NCBI GenBank assembly: GCA_965219345.1
Contig: OZ244732.1
Span: forward strand, 1,248,001-1,312,000
Reading direction: 5' to 3'
DNA length: 64,000 nucleotides
Source of the DNA: Nitrosopumilus sp.
GTDB taxonomy: Archaea; Thermoproteota; Nitrososphaeria; Nitrososphaerales; Nitrosopumilaceae
Of this stretch, positions 1-9,197 are shown in pieces. A program made the translations under genes and the position numbers. Every line of letters starts with the position of its first letter. Within the stretch, counting starts at the first letter, position 1. The notes below the pieces were generated by a model. The model worked only from the letters and a program-made list of their open reading frames with translations, did no database searches and was not told where the DNA came from.

Positions 1-420
1 TACATTCCAATAACCCCCGAATACAATCACAGTATTTCATCTGCAATGAAAAACACATTGGATTATTTCTTGGAAGAATATTTCTTCAAACCTTCAGCTA
101 TCATCTCTTATTCTGTTGGCCCTTTTGGAGGTATTATTGCTGGAACTCATCTTTGACAGATATTGGCAGGGATGGGCTGGAAAACATGTGGTTTAGCGTA
201 GGTACCAACAACTGGAACTCATCTTCGACAGATATTGGCAGAGATGGGAGCCTCTGTCATTCCATCACAACTCCCAATCTCTAAAGTTCATGAAACATTT
301 GATGATGATGGCAATCTACTTGATGAAAACTATGAGCGAAGATTTTCAAGGTTTCTAGATGAGTTTGAATGGTATGTGTCAGCTCTGGCAAAACAAAGAG
401 AATCTGGGACACCTTATTGA
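1..420 (+). pseudogene. NADPH-dependent FMN reductase (flavodoxin-like), 5' end outside window, disrupted by a 72-bp duplication+insert
   Basis: Frame 1 reads ITPEYNHSISSAMKNTLDY...SYSVGPFGG. Removing one 72-bp unit restores GTHLRQILAEMG...; the extra unit carries TGA and TAG stops. Confidence 0.85.
140..248. repeat. 37-bp direct repeat (140-176, 212-248; 2 mismatches) flanking a 35-bp unique insert
   Basis: ctggaactcatcttYgacagatattggcagRgatggg x2; insert ctggaaaacatgtggtttagcgtaggtaccaacaa. Confidence 0.95.
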
Positions 421-849
421 TTATACTAAATCATTGGTATTTGGAATTACTCTGAAGATTTTAACAGTATAATCCCCTTCAAAGACATTTACAAATTCTC
501 CAGTGTTTGAATCAAGACTTCGTACTCTGAATTTGTATTCATAAGATCCATCTCCTTTTACATCAACTTGTGAAAAGTGAATAGGATCTTCACCCTTGTA
601 CATTTGGATAATTACTGGATATCTTTCAACATAATCTGATGCTGCACCGACTACTGCTCCCCAAGGAAGTTTGTTGTCTTCAGGAATGCTCATTGCAGTG
701 ACCGTCTCTTGCAAACTTATTTCCTCATTAATTGGAGTTACAGTAATGCTGTTTTGATTAGATTCTGCAGAAATATCTGCTGGGATCATCATTATGCCAA
801 ATACTGTCATAATTGATGCCATCAAAACTAAACTTGATTTTATATTCAT
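421..849 (-). CDS. Secreted hypothetical protein (142 aa)
   Basis: Intact ORF, N-terminal hydrophobic signal-like segment, beta-rich body. Confidence 0.75.
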   Translation of the reverse strand: MNIKSSLVLMASIMTVFGIMMIPADISAESNQNSITVTPINEEISLQETVTAMSIPEDNKLPWGAVVGAASDYVERYPVIIQMYKGEDPIHFSQVDVKGDGSYEYKFRVRSLDSNTGEFVNVFEGDYTVKIFRVIPNTNDLV

Positions 850-1189
850 CTATTCCTCCTTTTTCCAAGTCCTTTAAAAAATTTGTTACTAATTTGTTCC
901 AACTTTGTAATTATGGCAATTCTTCTTCTAAATCACAACATGCCTTGTGAACCCATTTTTCATTAGAGTTTTTCAGAATTTCTTTGCCTACTTTGATTGC
1001 CTCACCACATTCTACACATTTTCCGTTAAATCTGGCCTTCATAGTTTTTCTATGATATTATCTAATTTTAACATCTCTTCTAAAAATTTCATAAATGTTA
1101 CAAAATCACCCAAAAAATATCAAGATTTTATCAAAAATAATATGTATATTCCCTTTTGAGTTAGTTGTAAAGAGAAATGATGATTATCA

Positions 1190-1510
1190 TTGCTAAGTGA
1201 AGAGGATCTAATTGCCCGAATTCTAAAAGTTAAAGATCTTAAAGAAAATTGCTTCAAATATCTTGAAGAAAGCTCAAAAGAATTAGGAGTCCCTGTTCCA
1301 ATTGGAGTTGATGCTGGAGGAGATGGCTTGATTCTAAATATTATCTCTGAATGGGAGCCTAGCAAAGTATATTGTGTAAAGTGTAACAGTCTCAAAGGTG
1401 TTAATGTAATGCCAAAGCAGTATTTTGTAACATGTCCTAGTTGCAGGTTTATCTTAGATCAAAAAGAGATAAAGAATAAATGTCCTCATTGTAGTTTTGA
1501 ATTAGTGTAA
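1190..1510 (+). CDS. Small zinc-ribbon protein
   Basis: CVKC, CPSC and CPHC motifs. Confidence 0.65.
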   Translation: MLSEEDLIARILKVKDLKENCFKYLEESSKELGVPVPIGVDAGGDGLILNIISEWEPSKVYCVKCNSLKGVNVMPKQYFVTCPSCRFILDQKEIKNKCPHCSFELV

Positions 1511-1527
1511 TCCACTTGTTATCACCT

Positions 1528-2961
1528 TCAACTTTCACACCTGGCAGTCGTAGTTATGGTCTGTCTCAGCTGACCTGTAAAGTCTTGACTGATGTCACTA
1601 ATTTGAACTTGCAGATAGCCGGTAGCAAAATGTTGAACTGGAATACCGCTTACAAAATGAGCGTCAGTTGCAGACAGTACGAATCTATTCGCGTATGGAA
1701 CGTTCAAACTCTCAAACTCTGCTTGACCAGGGTTGAACGGGGTTATGGTTACCGACTCTCTATCCCCCTCGCTAGTAGAACCGTACCTTGTCTGCCCCAC
1801 ACCCATGATTGACTCATCACGACTGTTCATCCAGTCAGTTGCAGATATGTCCACATCAATCCACGCAGTGCCAGTATTACTAATTTGAAGTGGCTTTGCA
1901 ACCGAAGTATCGCCATATGCCAGAATGCCAAAGTCCAGATCACCTGATATTATGTCAGCTGAGCATACAGGAGCATCAGTAGCGCCAGAGGCATCCAGCG
2001 TGACGTCAATTGTTTTTGATGCAATCTCGTTTAGGGACCCTACGATAGTGCCGTTTGCAGCAACGGTACCGTAAGGCAGACTGGCAGTCGCATTGTATGA
2101 AAAAGAGTCATTACTAAACACGCCTCTGATGACATAATATTTGGTACCATTTTCCAAGGTTACGGGAGTTATGACTGATCCGTCATCTGTCGTCTCAGGA
2201 AGGTCAAGTCCGACTATTGCATTACTTACAGGGAGATCAAAGGAGGGAAATGGAACCGCGAAGTCGAAGAAGCCATCACCGGGAGGTTGCAAACCAATCA
2301 GGTCATCATCACGGTCAAGCACGACTACGCCGGAACTGTTGGAGGACTTTGTAAAGTCATCCCTGAACGTTACGGATGGCTTTTCACCTACCGTAATCTC
2401 CACGGGTATGGTCTTGGTTGCCCCGGTAGTAGTACAGGTCGCATTCCCGGCATTACCGGTATAGGTGAACTCTTTTATGACAATGTCAAACGTATCGATG
2501 CCCGTATATGTAGCACCGGGGATGTAGTCAAATTCGGCAAGCATTGTGGGGTCGTGGCCAAAGTCATCCGTAGCACAGGTTATGGCAGGTACCTGATTGC
2601 CAAGATCATGATAGTCGTATGGTAATATGGGATCTCCGGATGCCACAAGGCTGCCGCCCTCTTCAGTGGTCAGGGGGTCGGGAAACACGGCAATCCAGGG
2701 ATTGTCACTGCCGGGTTGTCTAAGGTTGATGGCATTATGATATGTGGGATGAACACGATCCTCTGTTACCAGGGACAGATCATGGGCAATCGTACCATAT
2801 CCGACATCGTATCTCAGTGTTGGAAGAATCTCCACGTCAGCATCATTGACTGACTGGCCATACGCATGGCCTGCAGTCACTGCTACTGCTACTACTACCA
2901 CTGTTATCGCTGCAGCCATCAGGATCGCCGCAACAATGCCGTCCCTCTTCTTTAGTGTCAC
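1528..2961 (-). CDS. Secreted Thr/Asp-rich beta-sandwich (Ig-like) surface protein, GC-richer than flanks
   Basis: Long hydrophobic signal ending AYG; YIPGATYTGIDTF (Big_9/cadherin-like signature); C-terminal LDFG..ISNTG domain. Confidence 0.75.
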   Translation of the reverse strand: MTLKKRDGIVAAILMAAAITVVVVAVAVTAGHAYGQSVNDADVEILPTLRYDVGYGTIAHDLSLVTEDRVHPTYHNAINLRQPGSDNPWIAVFPDPLTTEEGGSLVASGDPILPYDYHDLGNQVPAITCATDDFGHDPTMLAEFDYIPGATYTGIDTFDIVIKEFTYTGNAGNATCTTTGATKTIPVEITVGEKPSVTFRDDFTKSSNSSGVVVLDRDDDLIGLQPPGDGFFDFAVPFPSFDLPVSNAIVGLDLPETTDDGSVITPVTLENGTKYYVIRGVFSNDSFSYNATASLPYGTVAANGTIVGSLNEIASKTIDVTLDASGATDAPVCSADIISGDLDFGILAYGDTSVAKPLQISNTGTAWIDVDISATDWMNSRDESIMGVGQTRYGSTSEGDRESVTITPFNPGQAEFESLNVPYANRFVLSATDAHFVSGIPVQHFATGYLQVQISDISQDFTGQLRQTITTTARCES

Positions 2962-2972
2962 TGACTGTATAC

Positions 2973-2994
2973 GGGGGGGGGGGGGGGTAAATAA
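2973..2994 (-). promoter_or_regulatory. TATA-like TTATTTA followed by a C15 tract upstream of the 477-aa gene
   Basis: G15 at 2973-2987 on + strand, TAAATAA at 2988-2994, GTG start at 2961. Confidence 0.55.
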
Positions 2995-3021
2995 CCATAT
3001 CGATCAAGGGGAACTGGTAAC

Positions 3022-3240
3022 TTAACGGGAGTTAATTCTTGATGGCAAGTTTCGGGAGCTGGTGTTCTGTATTATTGTATTCCACTTGTTATCCTATCAT
3101 CCTCATTACCGCAATTTGCAGTCCACGATTCTGTATTATTGTATTCCACTTGTTATCCCCCATCATGCGGATTCCTGCCCTGTCTGCCGGTGTGTCTCCA
3201 TCAAGACCGTACTAGTAGACATGACGGGTTCATTATTTGA
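3022..3240 (-). pseudogene. C-terminal fragment of an IS6-family transposase
   Basis: Minus strand reads GLDGDTPADRAGIRMMGDNKWNTIIQN, resembling the TPA..AGI...NKW..IQN tail of archaeal IS6 transposases; boundaries approximate. Confidence 0.55.
3065..3158. repeat. 30-bp perfect direct repeat (3065-3094, 3129-3158) flanking a 34-bp insert
   Basis: ttctgtattattgtattccacttgttatcc x2; insert tatcatcctcattaccgcaatttgcagtccacga. Confidence 0.95.
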
Positions 3241-3246
3241 TCTATC

Positions 3247-3432
3247 TTGGGAAAAAGGAGAGACACTATATTGAACACTGTCTTAGCTCTCGAAAGCCTA
3301 TATGATAAAGTCTCTTTTGTGACTCATCATTCCTATGATAAAGGCCGTGAACATCTCAATGACCTTGAGATTGAACACCTAATCAAAATGACAAATGATG
3401 TCGTCATGAAAATCAAACAGCAAACAAAGTAG
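3247..3432 (+). CDS. Hypothetical protein or 3' fragment
   Basis: Short ORF co-oriented with the downstream Zn-finger genes; 5' end abuts the IS6 fragment. Confidence 0.4.
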   Translation: MGKRRDTILNTVLALESLYDKVSFVTHHSYDKGREHLNDLEIEHLIKMTNDVVMKIKQQTK

Positions 3433-3440
3433 ATGTCAAT

Positions 3441-3605
3441 ATGAACATATGCGTTGAGGGTCACAAGACACGATTTCAGATCACATACAAGTCTGCTAAA
3501 GGCAGAACTTACAAACCAGTATGGTTAATATGCGACATATGTATGCAGAATAAAAAGTGCTTTGGTTCTGAAGATGAAATAGAATCAATTGAGATAATGG
3601 TATGA
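3441..3605 (+). CDS. Small Cys-rich protein (54 aa), missing from ORF track
   Basis: MNICVEGHKTRFQITYKSAKGRTYKPVWLICDICMQNKKCFGSEDEIESIEIMV; ATGA overlap with next ORF. Confidence 0.6.
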   Translation: MNICVEGHKTRFQITYKSAKGRTYKPVWLICDICMQNKKCFGSEDEIESIEIMV

Positions 3606-3754
3606 AAATTTGTCAAGTATGCACTAAATCATTTGCATTTGGGCGAAATGGTTGCTGTTCAATTGATTGCTATTTACAGGAATTACAAACAAAATTAAAT
3701 GAATGCTTTAGAAACGATACCAGTCATACCGAACTTTTGACAAAATTAGTTTGA
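3602..3754 (+). CDS. Small zinc-finger protein (50 aa), missing from ORF track
   Basis: MKICQVCTKSFAFGRNGCCSIDCYLQ... (CxxC...CSxxC treble-clef pattern). Confidence 0.6.
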   Translation: MKICQVCTKSFAFGRNGCCSIDCYLQELQTKLNECFRNDTSHTELLTKLV

Positions 3755-3773
3755 TTTTAATTAAAACAAGATA

Positions 3774-3844
3774 ATGGATCGGATGGGGTTTGTGTTCACT
3801 GTGAGCGCGGATACCTTTTTGATTGTTCTACAAAATTAGACGAC
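3774..3844 (-). repeat. Degenerate copy of the tRNA-Val gene (att-like scar or tRNA pseudogene)
   Basis: Three collinear blocks match the tRNA: 3774-3792 vs 32474-32492 (17/19), 3797-3809 vs 32525-32537 (11/13), 3830-3844 vs 32546-32560 (13/15). Confidence 0.65.
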
Positions 3845-3948
3845 AGAAAGCGATTGGAACGCTTAGAATATTCCTACTCTTTTTTTGTTTTCATCTGTAT
3901 CTGATAATATCTTTCAATATTTTAAAAAATATTTTTGCAAGTTAGAAA

Positions 3949-5079
3949 TCATTTTATCTTTTCAATTATGGGTAAATTAGTAATGGCCATCTTGAGATCA
4001 GGTTCATCAGATTCTGGCCAATTCCAACATCCTTGAATTCTAAGTAATACATTATTGACATCAGTACTTGTAATTTCAATATCTCTAACGTCTATATCAT
4101 ATTCATCACCAAATTGAGAGATTTCATTTATTAGCATATCTTTTAACACTTCTTCATTGATATCTGATGTTAAAATGGCATCCCAATTAGTATGGCAACC
4201 CAGATCATTTTGACGAAATTGAATTGCCCATTCTCGTTCAATTAATTTTGATTTTGTATCTGAACTAACACATGCTATGCGGTTACTTTCAGAATCGTGA
4301 GATTGTTTTAGAATAATATGCAAGTCTGATTTGCAGCGAATAGATTCCTGAAGTATACCAAATTTAGATTATTTGAGAGGGGGAAATGTTTCAGTGACAT
4401 CAGTTAGTTTTCCAATTGTAACTAAAGGATCTTCAGTTATTGCATTCCCTTGTTTGGTTACTGCAAAAGGCCAACTTACATGTATTACACATGATTCATC
4501 TTGAGTCCAAGGTGAATTATTGGATTTAAACAAAATTGCATTAAAATTATAATTACCAGGTCCCAAGGCATTGAAACCAAAAGTCACATCTTTGGTACTG
4601 TTTTTGAAAAATTTTTGGTAATCATATTCAGATGAATTTAATCCAGAAGATGTGGTTTCTGTCAAAACTGCCAAATTTTCATAACCAGTAAATAATCCGC
4701 CATGTATTGTGCCGTCTTGATTTTTCAAGTCAATAAGATATGAAGGGTCTCCAAAACTCGAAGGTAATTCCATTTGCAAATATTCGTATAAAACATCATT
4801 ATGATTTCCAATCACTGCAAAGTAATTGTGTTGAAATCCATCCAAGTCAAGAAGAGAATGATTAGTAGAATTTACCAATTTCACGGAATAATTTGTAAAG
4901 AGAAACATGCACTAATCACTAGATACATCAGTATATTCTAAAATTCCACGTGCAGAAGAATACATGTTATCTGGTAATCGTTTTTCATGTTCTTCACTTG
5001 GAAATCCATATGATTCAGAAGCCATAAACAAAATTCCAGAAAAACCAGTCATAATCAGAAAAATTACAAAATATTTCAT
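3949..5079 (-). pseudogene. Secreted protein with thaumarchaeal PLKQ...C...ACV...KL.ER.W module, broken by two in-frame stops
   Basis: MKYFVIFLIM at 5079 is in frame with ORFs 4369-4908 and 3949-4323; stops at SSD*CM and FPPLK*SKFGI. Confidence 0.8.
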
Positions 5080-5217
5080 GATACACCTATCGAGAGAATA
5101 TGACTGTCATAAAGTGTTCTAATCTTTTGTATTGATTCTATGATGTTTGAACTTATTTTGTACAATGATGAGAATGGTACTAGGCTGATCTTGCTAAATC
5201 TGATGAAAGTTTGGTTT

Positions 5218-5778
5218 TCATTTTCTTTTTCTCAAAAAATAAAACATAATTCCAGTTACCATTATGCCTCCAATGACAACTGGGATTAACTCATATGCAG
5301 TATTGGTAAATGCAATGGGTTTGGTAATAGAATTTCCTTCAACAATGATTGTTTGTCCTGGACCAAATTCTGGACCTATTTTATCTATATTAAATTGAGT
5401 ATGCATGTGATATGTTCCTGCTTCAAGAGCTTTTGCAGATAGTGAATATTCAATCACGGAGTTTCCTGGAATATTAAAAACTACATCTAGCGGTTCTCTT
5501 GCTAACATTTCCCATCTGTTACTTGTATCTGATGACTCCGAAAAAAATGACAGCCATCCTCTAATTTCTTGGTTATTAGAATTAATCAAAACTCCTCTTA
5601 CAGTCAAGGTTTCACCTGTTTGCAAAAATTGTTGGCCAAAGGTTTCATCGCCGATTGTAATTATGGGTGGAGTGAGAGTGGATTTTATACTATGCATCTC
5701 TGCACTTGGAATGGCAAAATCAATACCCTGAAATCCTAAAACTCCCAGTACAAAGATTATGACAAATACCGTTTTCAT
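5218..5778 (-). CDS. Secreted, C-terminally anchored beta-sandwich protein; C-terminal half resembles the archaeal AmoB-type fold (tentative)
   Basis: MKT signal peptide; LEAGTYHMHTQFNIDKIGPEFGPGQTIIVEG; terminal TM helix + RKRK. Confidence 0.6.
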   Translation of the reverse strand: MKTVFVIIFVLGVLGFQGIDFAIPSAEMHSIKSTLTPPIITIGDETFGQQFLQTGETLTVRGVLINSNNQEIRGWLSFFSESSDTSNRWEMLAREPLDVVFNIPGNSVIEYSLSAKALEAGTYHMHTQFNIDKIGPEFGPGQTIIVEGNSITKPIAFTNTAYELIPVVIGGIMVTGIMFYFLRKRK

Positions 5779-5795
5779 TTTTCAACACTCATTTG

Positions 5796-7145
5796 CTAAT
5801 TACTTGCATGTTTAATGATTGGAATGTTGAATGTCCATGGTCCTTCTGCAATCACAATCTTTGGAACCGGCTGATTTTCTATCGGGGTCATATGTGGTGG
5901 TTTTGTCGGAGGTAATGCATCCATTATTGCTCTATCTTGCCTTATCCATTGCACTTCTTCAATGGTGAGAGTAATTTTTTTTGCATTAGAATCTAAAGTT
6001 GGTGAAAAAATATGATGCCAAGAAGAATCTGAGATAATTTCTCTTGTTGCGGGATCTGGTCCGCTTGAACTCCCACCACCTTCACTTTCATTTGTACTGA
6101 CATAGTGATTTCCTAAATCATCTTCCAATGTAATACGTAATATTGGGTGACTATTGTGCATCCTTCCATGCATACGGCGCATTTTATGTATATCCGTAAA
6201 ATCAGATTCTGGAATTTTTATGCGTTGGTGAGAATACCAAATCAACCTCATCATGTTTGAGTAAACTTCCAATGATGGTATTGTAAACTCTGTATCTCCT
6301 ACAAAGAGTTGTTTTGATATGGAAACAACATTGACAAGTTTTTTTGGTGGAAGTCCAAAGGAATCAGCAAAGATCTTTACCAAATCCGCTTCTTTAAACT
6401 CAAATTTTGTATTTTCAGTGATAGTCCAAAAAGGTTTTCCTTCAGGTTTCACATCAAGTATTGCGGACTGAAATGAATTTGGAAATGGGGGAGTATGTGG
6501 ACGGGAACGTTTTTGCATATCATTCTCCATGTTTGGATGTTCTTGATTCTCTTTGTTCTGTAATTCATTCTGCTTTTTTTCATGCCATTCCTTTTGGAAA
6601 GGAATGTTGATTCGGTCATTCTTAGTTACTATAAAACCTATGATTTCAGAATAATCCAGATTTGATTGGTATCCAGACATCATTTTTTCAACTATATTCA
6701 TGGTAGCCAGCGTAACAAGTTCTGCCTCTGTAATATTTTCTGATCTTATCTGTGATTCTGGAAACTTGCTAAGCTTGATTGTTTGCTGCCATTCCCGTGA
6801 AACATCTACATTGCATGAAACTGGTCCATAAATGATGATTTTTGGATGAGGATGTATCTTTTTTCCAGGGTTGTTCAAAAATTCTACTTCCATTTTGTGT
6901 GCAACTATTTCCTGTAAATCTAAATTAGACATGGGCAAACATATTGCAGCAGTATTTTTGGTGATACCGCTTATCTTGACTATGTCTCCTTCTTGTATTC
7001 CAATTTTTTGCATGTATTTTGGTTCTATTTTTACAATTGTTTTACATTGATGTGGATCATTATTTTTTTCAAATCTATCCCTTCTTTTATGCACCACACT
7101 AAATTCAACTGAATTATCATCATTCTCAGTCATTGCGGTGTCCAC
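5796..7145 (-). CDS. Protein with an N-terminal CDC48_N-like double-psi barrel and no ATPase domain
   Basis: VKIEPKYMQKIGIQEGDIVKISG..TAA pattern; no Walker A/B motif. Confidence 0.6.
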   Translation of the reverse strand: MDTAMTENDDNSVEFSVVHKRRDRFEKNNDPHQCKTIVKIEPKYMQKIGIQEGDIVKISGITKNTAAICLPMSNLDLQEIVAHKMEVEFLNNPGKKIHPHPKIIIYGPVSCNVDVSREWQQTIKLSKFPESQIRSENITEAELVTLATMNIVEKMMSGYQSNLDYSEIIGFIVTKNDRINIPFQKEWHEKKQNELQNKENQEHPNMENDMQKRSRPHTPPFPNSFQSAILDVKPEGKPFWTITENTKFEFKEADLVKIFADSFGLPPKKLVNVVSISKQLFVGDTEFTIPSLEVYSNMMRLIWYSHQRIKIPESDFTDIHKMRRMHGRMHNSHPILRITLEDDLGNHYVSTNESEGGGSSSGPDPATREIISDSSWHHIFSPTLDSNAKKITLTIEEVQWIRQDRAIMDALPPTKPPHMTPIENQPVPKIVIAEGPWTFNIPIIKHASN

Positions 7146-7265
7146 AAGTTGATTTATCTAGGACATTCATAAAGTGTTTGCATCTTTTATTCTTTTGAGA
7201 ATGAAGTCATGGATTTGGAATTATTGTATATGCAGTATTGTTGTTGGTACACGGATTATTGATTT

Positions 7266-7823
7266 TCATGGATATTGATCCTCAAGACAATCATAATTTT
7301 TTAAATAATCTAAAATATTTTCAGACACACTATAATTCCCAACTTCACAATAAATAGTCATTTCATGTTCAGAATAATCAAAACCATGACGTATGTTTAA
7401 TGTAATCACGTTATTGTTTGTAAAAGTGTGCATATATCGTATGTATTCTTCATTTGGACTGTAAATTTCGACATCCTCGTATCTATCATAAAATGCAATA
7501 ACTTCAGGATAACCTTCAAATTCATTATTGTAAATATAACTTAAAATGTTAACACGCCAAGTATCCCACTGAACTGCAATTATTTCTGCACCTATTACTG
7601 CAATTATTATTATTATGATCATTTTGATGTTTTTTCTATACTTGATTAACCCAATGATACCGCCAACGCAAATCATGCCCATTCCAAAATGATACCATAG
7701 AAATCCATATTTGTCATATGCTCCTATAACCAACCAAAACATTGTTGCAGAAAACAACCCCATGAGTACTTGGAAAAAAATTGTCAACAAAGATAACTGT
7801 GATAATTTGTATTTAGTTTTCAT
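7266..7823 (-). CDS. Membrane protein (MKT start)
   Basis: Three hydrophobic helices plus soluble tail; ATGA overlaps at both ends. Confidence 0.75.
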   Translation of the reverse strand: MKTKYKLSQLSLLTIFFQVLMGLFSATMFWLVIGAYDKYGFLWYHFGMGMICVGGIIGLIKYRKNIKMIIIIIIAVIGAEIIAVQWDTWRVNILSYIYNNEFEGYPEVIAFYDRYEDVEIYSPNEEYIRYMHTFTNNNVITLNIRHGFDYSEHEMTIYCEVGNYSVSENILDYLKNYDCLEDQYP

Positions 7824-8254
7824 TTCTTTATCAATTTCCTAATAATTGAGGATCTGCACAATAGTATTCCACCAATGGATAATTCAACAATCGGTATTAT
7901 TAACGATATGACTAACTGATCTAAAATGTATGGTTGACTATGATCAATTACAGGTGATGTTGTTATCCAAGATTGTAGAAATGAAATTAGGCTGGCGATG
8001 CCAAAATATACCAATGATCCTGCTATTGCCAAAATAAAATACGGTCTTCTAGGAATGTTTTTTCTCTTTAGAATAAGATAAAGAATTGGAAATAATAATA
8101 ATACTGCAACACCCAATGAATAGCCTACAGATATTACAGCACCAATAATGCGGAATGCTTGTTGTTCTATGTTTTCTGGTGAGTCGTTCCATCCATAAAT
8201 CCAGGGAATCTGTACAAGAAAGAATACAATAATTACCAAAAGTCCAATTTTCAT
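7820..8254 (-). CDS. Membrane protein (MKI start)
   Basis: Four hydrophobic segments; flanked by identical 27-bp sequences at 7817-7843 and 8248-8274. Confidence 0.75.
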   Translation of the reverse strand: MKIGLLVIIVFFLVQIPWIYGWNDSPENIEQQAFRIIGAVISVGYSLGVAVLLLFPILYLILKRKNIPRRPYFILAIAGSLVYFGIASLISFLQSWITTSPVIDHSQPYILDQLVISLIIPIVELSIGGILLCRSSIIRKLIKK

Positions 8255-8272
8255 TTCTTTATCAATTTCCTA

Positions 8273-8662
8273 ATGACTGATGATCTGTATAATAAAAACC
8301 CTGCACCTGTTATTGTTACTTACGACATAACAGTTGAGAATGGAGACGGTAGTGGAAAATATGAAGAAGGATCTGAAGTTACCCTAAGTGCACAAGATAT
8401 TTTAGATGATATGTTTGTGTTCAAAAAGAAACTGGCAGGATGGGAGAATCTACCATATACTACACCAATAGTCACATTTGAGACAGATGATGATATAATA
8501 ACTAAACCCATCTACAAAAATGATTACACCATATTACTTGTAATCATTGGAGCTGGTGCTGGCAGAGGCGGCTTTGTATTTTTGAGAACATGGAGGAAGA
8601 AAAATACACCAAAAAAAACAGATGAATTTTCTGATTATGATGAATTAGAAGATGACTTGTGA
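8273..8662 (+). pseudogene. C-terminal relic of a homolog of the 946-aa surface protein
   Basis: ITVENGDGSGKYEEGSEVTLSA...W...YKNDYTILL aligns with IDVIDGQGSGVYKIGDTVKISA...W...YREDYTYLM. Confidence 0.7.
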
Positions 8663-8822
8663 TGTAGCAAAGCATGGTAAAGTAATCCCATCATTGATGG
8701 TTTTCAACATTTAGCTACTACAAAAGTAAAAGGTATTCAGATAAAGACTATTAACAAATCCTAATGTGTCCATACTTTACAAAGACTGAATCCTTGTCGA
8801 ATTAAATCCCAAGGTATGATGT

Positions 8823-8990
8823 ATGATAATTGATATTCCAATATCGCGTCCAAAATGTGGAGGTAAGATGTACTCTGAAAGATATGATCCTGTTCTAAAT
8901 ATTTTGAAAGACAGAAGCTGGCAAGTATGTAAAGAATGTAGTTTTCAAAGAGATACAGAAGATTTTAAGAAAGATCTTTTCACTGTCTAA
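8823..8990 (+). CDS. Small zinc-ribbon protein (55 aa; first Cys appears as Arg)
   Basis: MIIDIPISRPKCGGKMYS...WQVCKECSFQR. Confidence 0.6.
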   Translation: MIIDIPISRPKCGGKMYSERYDPVLNILKDRSWQVCKECSFQRDTEDFKKDLFTV

Positions 8991-9012
8991 AAATGTCATT
9001 CATAATATTGTG

Positions 9013-9079
9013 TGACCTCTCCATGAGAGTAATGACGTCAGGAGGAACACCGAAGGCGTTATGACTGAGAGAGGGATCA
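9013..9079 (+). ncRNA. Candidate kink-turn hairpin small RNA
   Basis: CCTCTC/GAGAGG stem, CAT bulge, tandem GA/GA, long inner stem, followed by a T-tract. Confidence 0.4.
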
Positions 9080-9197
9080 TTTTATTTCAATATGTGGTAT
9101 TCATCTCATTTTTGTCATCGCATTATGAAAGATTGTCACTTCATCTTCAATAACTGCTTGAACTAGTCTTCAACAACAAGTTACAGGTGACTGTTTT

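Noticed and set aside
7817-8274. 27-bp direct repeat read as a target-site duplication around gene 7820-8254
   Set aside because: Similarity continues with codon-type divergence beyond the 27 bp, so it is the 3' end of a paralogous gene; treated under the cassette finding.
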